Under the pieces are notes generated by a model. It was not told the origin of the DNA, did not search any database, and saw only the letters and a list, made by a program, of their open reading frames with translations. The position numbers and the translations under genes are program-made. A DNA stretch of 64,000 nucleotides from Hydrolagus colliei (lineage: Eukaryota), in assembly GCA_035084275.1 (NCBI GenBank), contig CM068754.1, forward strand, positions 9,672,001 through 9,736,000. The letters are read 5' to 3'. Numbering within the stretch: position 1 is the stretch's first letter; each line of letters begins with the position of its first letter. Positions 1 through 12,387 of the stretch are shown one piece after another.

Positions 1-202
1 TCTGAATTCAACTTAATTTTTTTTAACATTTAAAACTATTTTGTAATACATAATGCAAATTATTTTCAATGTACATAACAAGCTAATTTTCCATGAATAA
101 CAAGATGTCAACCTATGGTTGACACATCAATCCAGAGGTTTAAATACGGTTGCCTTGTGATTCGTCTGTAAAGTTTGATGTTGACTTTCCAAACACAAAA
201 TT

Positions 203-523
203 GGGAGTGTGTTGTATTGTTGGAGGTGTCATCCTTCAGATTAGATGAAAAACTGAGATCTTGCCTGCCTGCCTGTTAAAAATCCCATGGCTCTATTTGA
301 AAACACAAGAAATTGCACTGGCCAATAATATACAGATACCTGTATAATTGATTAACGGTATTTACTTCATGCACATTAGAGGGATACTGCTGTGTGCAAA
401 TTGGCTGCTGCGATTGCCAACATACACAATAACTACACTCCATAGTTAATCCTGTGAAGCACTTCTTGAGAAGGTTCGATGGCGTGACAAGGCACTATAT
501 CAAATGCAAGGATTATTGTTATT
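203..523 (+). mobile_element. Old DeuSINE (SacSINE1/AmnSINE-like Deu domain with L2-type tail)
   Basis: Deu-like blocks ttggaggtgtcatccttcagattagatg, aaaaatcccatggctctatttga and gctgtgtgcaaattggctgctgcg, then tail gtgaagcactt...aggcactatatcaaatgcaaggattatt. Confidence 0.8.
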
Positions 524-3500
524 GCATTTATACACTCAGAATGACATAATAAAACAATGAAAATCTTTGTAGTCCGAAATATATTTCTAGAACACTTTTT
601 TGCAAAACCAACTCAGTGAATCAAAGCATAAATGAGAGCTCAAAATATTTTCCTTCAAGAATTTTTATATGCAGAAGACTTTTTATTCAATTTCATCTCA
701 TTTACCAGATTATATCAAGTAAAAATCTTATGGATTAAAAGTATCCAAATTACAATGGTTTTCAATGTACTGTACTTGTAATTTTCATTTTACTATCAGC
801 AGTTTTAGTTAATTATACATTTATTGAAGCACATTATGCCTATCATAAGATCTACATTGTAATTCAGTACTGTATTTTGGTTGGCAACACCACTGTGTAT
901 ACTTAAGGCAGCAGTGTGACTGTTACACATAGTTCATGGCAGTATTTAAAAGCAAAGATCTATGAAATATTAGAGCACATTAAAAATGACCTATGCCATC
1001 ACGTTCAAAATGACCGATGCCATCATTTCAATGTGCACTCGAAAATAACAGAGCTTAGTTTTTGCAGTCAGATTTTCTTTTAACACACATAGAGATCAAA
1101 TAGATCACATGCTATTGAAACCTTAACTGAAGGCAAGATTGTGCACCTTATTCTCTTGAAATAAAGGTGAGGTGATGGCCTATACTTTTATCAAACATTA
1201 TCTGAGGTTATTCTCACTCAGCACTCAAGAATGCCAACTGTGTGTCACTCTAGGCATTGTCTTCTAGTGTTACTAGTGAAAGTACCATCGCTGATCAAAA
1301 TCATATTTATTGTCCTTTTAAGTCAAGTTCATAATAGTCTTTGGAATTCAAGTACAACTTGCTAATGATTTGGATTTGGATTTTGCATCTTGGACAAACA
1401 GTGGGCCAACTCAGTAGTTGATGAAAACCTGAAAAAATTGCAACACATTAAAGATGAAAGAGGGAGAGAACTATTAGTGCTCTAGGTCCCAAATAAATCA
1501 ATGGGTCTGACATTCAGTTATGCACAAATTAGCATATGTAAAGACAATCTCGTGGATTTCATAAAAGCTGCCTCTGATTGGTACAAATGAATTCTGTGGC
1601 ATTGCTAATTCTATCTTTTTACTTCCTACTGAGAGGTTACAGCATTTTATTGTCTGCATCCTTGTCTGCCGCATATTTTATCTTTTCCCATCGTCTGCCT
1701 GATCATTTGATTACAGAAATCTTTTCCTCTTTGACTCAAGCTGAACTGATTAATATTGAGGTGAATATTTACATAATCTGAGTCGAGGCAGCCAATTTTA
1801 ATTGTCATTGTAGTGGCGAGGCTTGCAAAGTAATGGCAAGGTATATTTGAGAGGTTTTGCCAGTAGGAATCCAGCCTCAGATTCAATGGGTTTTTGCATT
1901 ATTAATGAGGGTACATGCATGTTCTGCTTATGATCATGATACATGAATGCAGTCAACACTGAGAGATTAAAACTACGATGCCTGTAATATAATTTCAGAG
2001 AAGCTGATGTGGGAGCTGGCAAGCCTCACACCGATGCAGTAGGGAAGATCTTTGGAGGCTTGGGTTAACACATATTGGGTATATAATTGGGGCAGAGTTG
2101 CAACTGTAAGTGCTTGTTGCTGGCATTAATTGTCCAAGATGAAACAATGTTCCATTCCCAACATTGACATTCTTCACTTGATTAGGAAGAAAAAAAATGC
2201 TCACCATATCTATTTTTAACAAGAAAGTTTCTCTGATTTTGAAACATTATTTTTAAAATCCAGCTGTATTGGATGAATACGTTAACGAGTGAATGCTGCT
2301 AGCTTGACAATCCTCTGGTCTGCTAAGGTTTACGAAAAAAAAGTTACACATACAATCCTGACCCTTGGTACAAAGGTCTAAAAGCGAAGGATACAGGGTT
2401 AGGTCTCTGGACAGTGATTGTCCTCTTTCCCACAGAGGGGACCTGCACCACTTAAAAAAGTGATCACTTTTGTTTTCCATATACTGTAGTTTGTTTTTAT
2501 CTTTAACTCAAACATCTGCATAAATATATGTCTAGAAGTGAGAATTCTGTAGAGAGCTTTTCGACTGTGGTAAGGATTGATTTTCAACAGTCGCAATAGT
2601 TGAGTTGCACAATAAGTTGCAGAGGAATGTTGGAATTGTGCAATATGCTAATTTGCTGATTAATTCTAAAGTTTATTAAGGAGAGTTGCAGTTATATAAT
2701 GAGCAATGTGTATGAATAATTCATGCTTTGGGTCTATTGTAAATAATTGTGTTAATTAGATGGAGAGAATCCATACTTGTCTGTATATTCAGGCTAGTTT
2801 GATTGAATACTGGATTAGATATTAGTGGCTATTAGCTATTGTTATTCTTGGTATAGTTAGTGTATGTGTTCTCAATTATGTAATAAAGCCTTAAATTAGA
2901 ATAATTTTACCCAAAGGTGTGATATTTGGTATTTGTTCCATTGGAGTGTGTTTCATTTGCTTTACCAGCAATTTATTTCAATAAGACCCAGAGTGTGAGT
3001 AGTTGCACAGATACTAGAGATCGAGGTTAACAGCACATATTGCACAGCCGTCTCTTTGCCAAGAGGCTTATTCAAAGTGCGTAATAGTGAGCTGGGTACT
3101 ATGGAAGGACAATCTCCACTGATCCATTGCACTGAAGCTGGGGTTGGGACTGTTGTGATTGTACCATTTTTTTAAACTAATCTGTGCATCAGTTTCCAAT
3201 GACTGCTATTTTCTATACATGCTGTGCACTGTAAACAGAAGCAATTACATTATATTACATTTAATGAGCCATTGCCATAGAAAAATAAATGTGTTTGTAG
3301 AAATCAGAATGATTATTCCATACTCATATTATTTTCAAAATGATAAATCTTCAAAAGGAACAGTATGTAATACCTTAGTGTAATATATGGAAAGTTGTGA
3401 ACAGACGTGTTCCAAGCCCTTGTGATTACTTTTCCAATTTCTAGAACAGACATTTATGATGAAAGTAACCAATGGGGAGTTTAATGTTTGTTGAAGGTGA

Positions 3501-6500
3501 CTGATAGGTCAATTGAGCTATAAGCCTATTTTTTTTCCAGCAATATGATTTTGTTGGCAGTCATGGACTTGTTTATGTAAATTAAAAATGAATACTTTTA
3601 GGAGTAAGTTTAAATATTTCAAAGTGCATTGTTATAATATGTCTACTCTAACTGTGGTTATATCACACTCAAGAAAATATATTGTATACTTAAGCTCATG
3701 ATTTTATTTAGTAGTCACTCCGTCCCAAGCTGCACCCTCCCTTCCCTATTATTTGAATTTGACTTATTTGTTATTAGATTCAGTTTAATTTTCTACATTT
3801 GTGACTCAACTCAATAAATACTTTTTTTAATGTAAGGAAAGCTATAGTTAGTGGCATTGCTTTCCGGCTGGTTACAGCCTTTTGTGCTTCAGAACATTGC
3901 AACTCAGTGAATGTGACAGAGTTGCTGAAGGATGTTATGAGCATAATGAAAGGTGCATGTGTACACAACACTTCACTGAGCTGCTGAGATATAGAGCTGC
4001 AACTGGAGAAACATGTGAAATCCATAAATATTGGGGTGAAAAAAGTAACATTTCTGATTTATCACATTGAATCTGTTATGAAATGTTGTATTTTTACCCC
4101 CACTCTGAATATGTTATCTGTACTTTTAATGAAATGTATTAAATTATTTAATAGGTTAAGAAATTGTGATGCCATAAATTTAAGTTTTGTGACAAGCTTG
4201 GAGAGCATAATATATACAGAGCCAATTTTGCATCACCTGTGTAAGCTGCTGTATCAGTCTACTGGTGCATCCTCATGCTGAACTACGCTGGAATAGAGAT
4301 GTGGATCTTTAAGAAGTAGAGTACTAGTTTTTTCACTGAACTTCACTATTTGCAGAATGACTCAATTCTGAGAATCGCCTGTGATGGACAAACTGCAAAA
4401 AATTGAGTTGAAAAACACTGGATTATTGAGAAAAGATATGTTGTACCCCTTTTCGTATCAAAAAATTACAGCGAAACTGAGAAATAAAGCACAGAAGCAA
4501 GCTTTGTTAGGGACAATTATGAGGAGCTGCAAATGTTCCTGTGAAGCTGTGGTGCTTTTGAAAATCGAATTGATAATTCAAACCACAAGGAAATGGGCGA
4601 TATAATTATTGCAGGATTCAATGTACTGGTTTCTTGATTTTGATAACAAAATGAAAATTCTATTTTCATATCTATTGTGTGTCAACAGGTTCTGTAAATA
4701 ATGCATCAATAATAAGTATTATACATTAAAAACACATGTATTGCAATAAGCGACCCTTTTTTTGCTGTCCTAATAAAAAAATTGTTTTGAAGGCCATTGA
4801 TGTTAAACTTTAACTTTTAATAAACTCACAAAGCCTTTAGGCATTTCACTTTAAGAGGGAACAGAGCTTGTCCTGAGGTCAGTATCTATGCAGTGTAGTT
4901 CTTATAAAAACAGTATAAGTTTAAAATACTCTTAACTGGAAATAAATTAAATGGTACGTGACATTGGAGGCTCTGGTGTTGCCGCCATTCTGTGGTAAGG
5001 GAAATATTATGACAAAACAAAAATGATTGGTTTGGCAGGTGGAGATAAAGATAAGGATCCTGATTATTTCAAAGTTATTGCATGATGCAGCAAATACACA
5101 ATTTCTCCTCAGCGGCAGAGTGATTGCTGTGAAGTCGAGAAATTGACAGCAACAGAATATAAGAAAATGGAACAAGATTACATTATTCCTCAACCAATTG
5201 GTGCAAACAGTAATTGTATCAGTTACAGAATGTCCAACAGGTGGTACGAAAAGGGTTAACCTAACCTAGGAATTCTTCCCTAACCAGATTCCTAGCACAT
5301 TACCTGGACTGGATGCTCTCTCTGTGATGTAAAGAAAGGTATGGGGCAATCTACAATAGAGCTGATCAGTGCTTTTAGTACCCTATGGAATTATCTCTGT
5401 TCAACTTCATTTGAATTAAATATATTCATATGAGCTCTTGAGCATAGAACATCTGACATGTCAGGAATTTCATTTTGCACCACATTGGCACAAAGCCACA
5501 CAATGACCACCAAGGCAGCCAAGATCTACTGAATGAATATTAAAATATTTCTGCCTTTTTTTCCCTATGTACAGACTACTCTTAGTTGAACATTATGGTC
5601 AAAGTATTCCAATGTTGTGGCCCAATGAAGGAAAGGTCACACACTATTAACCTGATAATGGTAATGGACTGAATGAATTTGAACTTGGGTTGGTTTTAAA
5701 AAGTTCATCATGGTGTATTTTGGCCCTAATTTTATTTTGTGACAAACATTAGCCAATATGCTGAAGGTTACTACAGACATATTTTCTCATTATTGTTCCA
5801 TGGTTGTGATATCTTTGTTTGCATTCAACAAGCTGGGATCACTGGTTGAAGTTGAGGACACTTAAAATGTATCATCCTGAATTGTGATGGTGTTTTTATT
5901 TTTCTCAAGATTAATTAGATAGATTAAGCGATGATCTGATTTGTGATATTCCCAATACCAAATTTGTTGCTTCGGTTCAACTTGTGCGGTTCTGCTCGTT
6001 GGCTTTTTTTCAGTCTTTTGACCATTTATGGAATGTGTGATTTGCCTCTTATAGATTAGGGCACAAATTTAGCAAACCCAATAAATCAATTTTGCCTTTA
6101 TTACAAATTAAACGCCAATTGGAAAACTACAGCCACAATAGAGGGAGTTGTGGGGGGTGGAGAGAGAGAGAGAATTACATTATCTATTGTCCTCTGCTAC
6201 AAGTGAACATCTCGTTAGTCAAACATAGAGGAATGTGGATAGTTAATATGCAGTAGCTTGTTTTCTGCACCACTGCAGTGCTATCATATCTGAAAGGAAT
6301 ATATGGAGGTGAGTAGCTCAGCCAGAACTAACAATGCTTGGAATCAGCAATTCAATGTCTTAAGAAAAGTTAGAGTCTGGGTTGTAGGCCACTGCACCAC
6401 CACTAAACTGCAGCAAAGCAAACATACACACCCTGGATACCACCCCCACCCTTACCTATATGATAAAACTACAAAAATTTGTGAGAAAAGTCACGTATGA

Positions 6501-8550
6501 ATGGATAGCTCCCGTTGTTGAAAACGTTTTGATGTTGTGCAATCTCACCACATACGCATATATGTTTCTATTGTTTTCATTTTAAATATTAACTTGCTCG
6601 AACAACACTGGTTCAGTTCATGAAATAAGATTGGGGAAAACAATTACTAATTTCTCCCTGCTATGGTTCAATGGCAGGCATTTGTGACCAATGAAGGATA
6701 AATAACTAGCCTGTTATGAAAGTAATTAATATAGTCATTATGTAGCATTACCTGAATTTGTTGACAAAGAAACTCTATTTGAGTAGTTACATCGAATAAA
6801 AGTTGAGCTGCAGTATCAATTTTCATATTAGAAGGTGCATGGGGCATTCAGTATAGTATCCATTGCTGCACGTATTCTGCTATTTAAACCATATATTTTT
6901 ATGTATGATTTAAGCATCAGATTAAATGTTGCAGAATAACATCCTTTACTAATTCCATATAATCTGTGGACTCTTTATCTGAACTCTGTTTTACTTTATA
7001 AACAAATCAACTTTGGGAACCTTTTCTACAGAAATGTTATTGTAAACTATAGATTCCAATAATGAGCCTAAATTTAGAGACTTTTTAAACTCCTGCATAA
7101 TCAAAAAAACACTGTAAATGAGTCCAGTTTCAGCTTCCAGAGAACAGGACTGTTATTTAATGTGGAATATCGCAACTGGCAAACACAAGGAATTTTAGAG
7201 ATCCAGTTAACATTTCTATGGTTATTTTCTCATAATTTGCACATTATGACTTAAGGGAACTGCAGTAAAAACAAAGTGATATATGGCACGGGAATTAACA
7301 CAGACAACAACATTGTAGCCAGTAGGATGGAGTCTAAACTGAATTTTTGTGCTTCTAATGCTAGACAGTCAGGCATGGAAAACAGGACATACCTCTATGG
7401 ACTGATGGTTTTCCTTATTAAAACAAAGTGGTGGCACTCACAGTAGGAGGTCAAGCTACAATGAGTGTTGTGCAGTCTGCAATTTCCTCTGGAGGACTTT
7501 CCCAAGGTAGTTTAGAGGACAGGTGGCAAGCATTCAGTCTGAAAAGAGATTCAAAGATATGGTAACTGCTCACTTCATAATAAGGTAGAAGCATATATTT
7601 AGACAAATCTTAAACAAATATATTTGGAAAGAGTACACTAAAAATTACAGACCAGAAAAGGGCATCTTAATTTCTTATTTGTTAACTAGTGGTACTGTTT
7701 GGTGATCCATTTTGAAGTAAATAGTGTGACCAAAAAAGGTAATCAAATATTTATTTTAAAACCTTTTCATTGCCTTTTTTGCCTATTGCACCCAGAATTA
7801 ACACTCGATGCGTTAATTGGAATACATTTATTTTTACATTGAGCAAATGCAAAATAGATATTTAGAAAGTACAGTAGTAAATTAAAGAGTTTTGTCATCC
7901 ATCCTCTTGTTATCCTTACGACTTTGCTCTTTAAGATAGCAATAATTCTCACCTAAAACAGTTTACCCCAGACTTAGTTTGCCTGTGGCTCCACATTAAA
8001 GATTATTCAAATGGAAAATGCAAAATATGGAAAGGTTGATTCAGTCTTTTGGAGTGAAATATGTTCTGGTAATTTATTTATTCCCCAAAATATATAGAGC
8101 ACTGTAAAATTTGTATGCCAGTTTCATTAACCTGGATTGAGTTTCCTAACATTGGAACCGCATATTTCTAGGTAAAGACGTATATGATGATGAATCTGAA
8201 GCACACCATTTTATTGTCTGTTTTATGTTCAACTGACTTTTTGTAAATATGCAGTTTTTTTAAATGAAGAATTTCCTGTTACTGCAATGTCTAGTGCAGT
8301 GCAGACCAAACAACCCATGTCTATGGCATACATTTTTCATATTTTATTATACTTTGTTTTCTTGTTTGGGCAATGCATACATCGGTGCTAAGGAGCATAT
8401 GAAAGCAGCCCAGCTTGAGCACATATTTCACCATTAACCCTTTATACACCACACTTCTAGGTTTATGTCCAGAAACAGGACTAAGTACCAATTTTACAAT
8501 GGCTTGTCCTGAGGTTAAACTTTGTGACCGCTTGCATTTGCGCTCTGAGA

Positions 8551-8603
8551 TGCTATCCTGATTGAAGGGTGTTTTATAAATGCAAGTTATTGTGGTTGTT
8601 GTC
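8551..8603 (+). mobile_element. L2/SINE 3' tail fragment
   Basis: cgctctgagatgctatcctgattgaagggtgttttataaatgcaagttattgtggttgttg resembles the tails elsewhere in the window. Confidence 0.55.
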
Positions 8604-8659
8604 ATGTGGTTTCAACAAATCTGCAAAGGAAGAACCAAATAGGTGTCACAAGGTCTAAC

Positions 8660-8792
8660 TGTGCAAATTGGCTCCCACATTTGCCCACAAAATACACAGT
8701 CACAGCACTTCATAAATTATCTGTGAAGCACTTTGAAATGTTCTACTGATGTGAAAGGCACGATACCAAATGTAAGGTTTATTATTTATTTA
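8660..8792 (+). mobile_element. 5'-truncated Deu-core SINE
   Basis: gtgcaaattggct...gtgaagcactttgaaatgttc...gtgaaaggcacgataccaaatgtaagg followed by (att)n. Confidence 0.75.
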
Positions 8793-9934
8793 ATAAACAT
8801 AATTTGTGGATTATGTAACTGTAAAGCCAATTCAACCTCAAAAGTACCAGCATTTCTCTACCAGTCTTCTCATCCATCTACAGCTCAGCCCAACACTTCA
8901 CCATGATTTTTAGCTCAGGATAAGGAACTTTTCATTGTATTTGTGCTCAAGAAACCTTTTATTTTTCCTCATTTGTTACCTTCAGGAGATGGTTGTAAAA
9001 AACGGTTGGTTTTAAATCTGGTTTATGGAACTCAGGCAAAGTCTATCAACTTCAACATTTTGTAACTGTAGGAAAAGTAACACAGAGCATCTAGGACTGC
9101 TCCCTCTGCTGAAGTAAACTGAACTGAATTCATTATTCCAACCCTACACCAACCAGGGAAATTCTTTATGTAGGTCAGACTTCTAAAGATTTACATTTAA
9201 ACTTCAACAAGATCAGGCAATACAGTAGCAAAACATCAATAGACTGATTTTAGTCCATAGCTTTAGTTGATATCTCTGAAAAGGATGCTTTTGCCTCTGG
9301 CCACATCTCATAACCACAGTAACTGTGTTCCCATCTGTCCTCAGAGTCTGATTAAAAGCAATATAATGACTCTGCTTTGGTTAGAAGCCCACAGTTCAGG
9401 CAACTTGCATTTTTCCCAAGTCTATACATGAAAAATTACCATGTCTATTCCTCGGTGGTTTGTTTCCCTGTGTCTATCACACACCGATCCTCCTGGTCCG
9501 ACGGCCGAGTGTACTCATTAAAGTTCAAATTCTTTTTAGCAATTGGGAAAAGTTCTTCAAAGTTCCGAACCCACTTAAATTGTGAGTCCTTTTTCTGTCA
9601 GTCAGTATAGGGTTCTTGCTATATCAGAAAACTGCTTTACAAGCTGCCAACAATAGGATTATAATCAAAAGACATTTCTTGCCTCAGTAGCTCTTTTTGA
9701 TGACTGACTACCAATAGTAACTACTCCAGTTCTTTGGTCAATTATACATTTGAAGCAGTTAATTTACCTATGAAATAAGTGGCGTATTTCTGGACTTAAC
9801 CTAATGAGCCTGATGTAACCGACCCCTTTGTGCCTTACAAATGCACTGCTAAAAAATTTAAAAAAAACTTGTCAACTAAATGCTGTCAATTAACTTTACT
9901 AAGAAAAAACTTTTAGAAACTGGTCCATGAGGTA

Positions 9935-9997
9935 ATAATAATAAATAATCCTTGCATTTGATATAACACTTTTCATGTTTTTTAGATGTCTAATTGT
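9935..9997 (-). mobile_element. SINE 3' tail inserted into Gypsy RT, with 5-bp TSD
   Basis: (aat)n-ccttgcatttgatataacacttttcatg...gatgtct flanked by aggta at 9930-9934 and 9998-10002; removing it restores the frame FEYLM. Confidence 0.8.
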
Positions 9998-10152
9998 AGG
10001 TACTCAAAGTTACTGGCATTTCTCAGAGCTAAAATTGTCCAACAATAACTTTTTTTTATTTATCTGGCCCAGTAACTCCTACTGGTTAGTGTCCATTAAA
10101 TGAATGCAGCTTATATACAAACAGTTGGAACACACAATTATACACAGTATTA

Positions 10153-11060
10153 TAACAACAACAAAATTACACATATATACACTTTTACAACAGGAGGATG
10201 TCCCAAGGCACTGGACAGTCATTGTTTCAGCTGGGGAGGGGAGGTGGGGTGGGGTGGGGGAGAAGTAAAGGGGAAATTAGGAGTAGCCGATGGGACCATT
10301 GAAGAGGAGGGTCTTGAGGCGGGACTTGAAGGAGGCCAGGGAGGAGACGAGGCGGAGGGACTGCGAGATGCAGTTCCAGAGGTTGGGGGCAGATTGGCTA
10401 AAGTGACGCAGATGGATCTCAGGACATGGAGCAGCCAGAGCCTGCTGAGCAGAGGGGGCGGGCAGGTTGGCAGGGGGTTAGATGGTCACGGATGTAGGAT
10501 GGAGTGAGGCTGCGAAGGGCTTTAAATGTGAGGACCAGGATCTTGAATTCGATCCCCTGGATGATGGGGAGCCAATGGAGTCAGGCGAGGATGGTGGAGA
10601 TGGGGTCACAGAGCTTGGTGAGATAGAGGACACAGGCCGCAGAGTTCTGGATTTTCTGCAGCTTGAGGAGGGAGGAATTGACAAGCAGGGCATTTGCATA
10701 GTTGAGCCGGGAAGGCATGAATGAGGGTTTCAGTGGCCTTGGGGGTAAGGTAGTGGCAAAGTCAGGCAATATTGTGGAGATGAGGGAAGGCAGAGCGAGT
10801 CATTGCTTAGATGTAGGGGAGGATAGATAGTTGAACAAGACACCTAGGTTCCTGACTGGCTTGGCCAGGTCGAGTGCGTAACCATGGAGGTTGATGCTGC
10901 GAGAGTCCGATGCGTGAAGGTGCTAGCACGAGCCAATCAGTGGAGCCTCTGTCTTGTTGACATTCAACTGTAGAAACTTAGCTGTCATCCAAGACTTGAT
11001 GTCTGACAGACACTCTGTCGGGACAGTAGTAGTCCTGGAGTCAAGGGTAGCGTCAGAAAG
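10153..11060 (-). mobile_element. L2 LINE, 5'-truncated (ORF2 C-terminus, 3' UTR and tail)
   Basis: Minus-strand CLSDIKSWMTAKFLQLNVNKTE, VRNLGVLF, SRLNYANALL..KLQKIQNSAA, LHWLPI..IEFKILVLTFKAL; tail ccttgggacatcctcc...(ttg)n. Confidence 0.95.
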
Positions 11061-12085
11061 ATTATCCACAGTGGAGTATAAAATTAATCCTCATACATCC
11101 AAATAGGTGCAAATGTCTTGGCTATTATATATCCTGCAGGCAACACAAAACCCTTCTAACCTATAATTATTTAGCAAAATAATAGACTCAAAGACTTGTT
11201 TACTTTTCATAACTTCTTAAACCAGCAATTTCTAAATACTGTATTATGCTTTGCTTCCAACCAAAGCAACCTTTTTAGTGGTTGTTTGTTGTCAATTCAG
11301 TTACATTATAAAAACTGCAATTTAGAAATTCTATAACAGTTACTACAGTACCCCACTCCCTGGTGCTATTATGGATATTGCCAGGTACATGATAGTTTTG
11401 TCCTCATCAGCTTATCCACAGTGGAGTGTAAAATTAATCATCATTTTTCACTCCATTGGATAGTGTTAGTGCCTTTCCAGGACTATATCTAAAGACAACT
11501 TCAGTTATGTCAATTGGTTCACTTTCTCCTCTAATAACTACAGGGCTGTTAACTGAGTATTGCAGAACTGGTTCACCATTCCTTCTGGTGAAAGCAGTAG
11601 AGTCCATATTTTGCAAGGAAGTGCTTCTTCATGAGCTTCCAGACCTTCCAATATCCACGAGAGTACGTAACTACAGTAGGAAGTTAACATTTTGAGTGTG
11701 GCTCAAATTCACCAAGTTGTTGGCTCACTTCAAGTCAAGATATGTTCATTGTTTAATTTCTCCAGCTTTCCCGCTCCTCTGTACTATTTTTAGCTTTTGT
11801 TTTTTTAAATAAAATATTCCATCCGAACTTCTGAAAATGGGTTCTCCATTGTGCCTCAATATTTTCCACATCCTTGATAATCTCCCTTTTCATTTTCAAT
11901 TTAGCCACCATCCATTGCATTAGCTTTCACTTTCCCATGATATTTGTGGTTGATCTTTGGTCTGAGGCTATCAAGTCTGCCCTTAGGTTTACATTTGCCA
12001 TTGAGTCTTCAGTTAATCTCATCGGATTAGTTCTCAAACATAAAGTCTGTTTCCTTTTCTGTTGTATCGCTTCCTGAGTCTCATC

Positions 12086-12387
12086 TTGGGCATGTTTTCT
12101 TACTCCACATGCCTCTGCTTACCTAGCATTAAGTAGGAACACGGGTGTTAGTCGATTGGCGGATGGATCGATTTTTTTGGGGTAATAATTCCTTCAAAAA
12201 AATTGATACCAGATAGTCACTTCAATTCATGACTGTTTGTGGGACACTGCTGTGTGCAATTGGCTGGCGTGTTTTATCCACAAAATATAGTCAATTCGCT
12301 TTACGGTATCTTCTGTGAAATGCTTTGAGAAGTCTCAAAGACATGAAAAGGCGCTATATCAAATGCAAGTATTATTATTATTATTAC
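12086..12387 (+). mobile_element. SINE lacking its tRNA head (CORE-like segment, Deu core, L2-type tail)
   Basis: ttgggcatgttttcttactccacatgcctctg..., ctgtttgtgggacactgctgtgtgcaattggctgg, tail aaaggcgctatatcaaatgcaag(tat)n. Confidence 0.92.

Larger units (their letters stand above)
8850..12085 (-). mobile_element. Degraded Gypsy/Ty3 LTR retrotransposon internal region (gag, protease, RT, RNase H), interrupted by L2 and a SINE tail
   Basis: Minus-strand translations in Gypsy order: long gag-like frame at ~12085-11810; degenerate knuckle QRSGKAGEIKQ; protease-like LRTLVDIGRSGS (~11670-11635). RT motifs GH*PVGVTGPDK*K and LRNASNFEYLMDQFLK (cf. GYWQV..EDKEKTAF, GL.NAPATF.RLM..VL). Connection FSDIARTLY*LT-KDSQFKWVRNFEELFPIAKKNL. 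RNase H-like CVIDTG, GIDMVIFHV, LLTKAESLYC. Many stops and frameshifts; no LTRs identified; the lower boundary is uncertain. Confidence 0.8.

Noticed and set aside
984-1030. Short tandem duplication (also 30884-30917)
   Set aside because: Ordinary two-copy slippage events.
10100-10724. Plus-strand ORFs of 135 and 80 aa
   Set aside because: Antisense of L2 ORF2 and its 3' UTR.
11062-11420. TTATCCACA (DnaA-box) matches, also at 13923
   Set aside because: Vertebrate DNA; two belong to one local duplication and the rest is chance.
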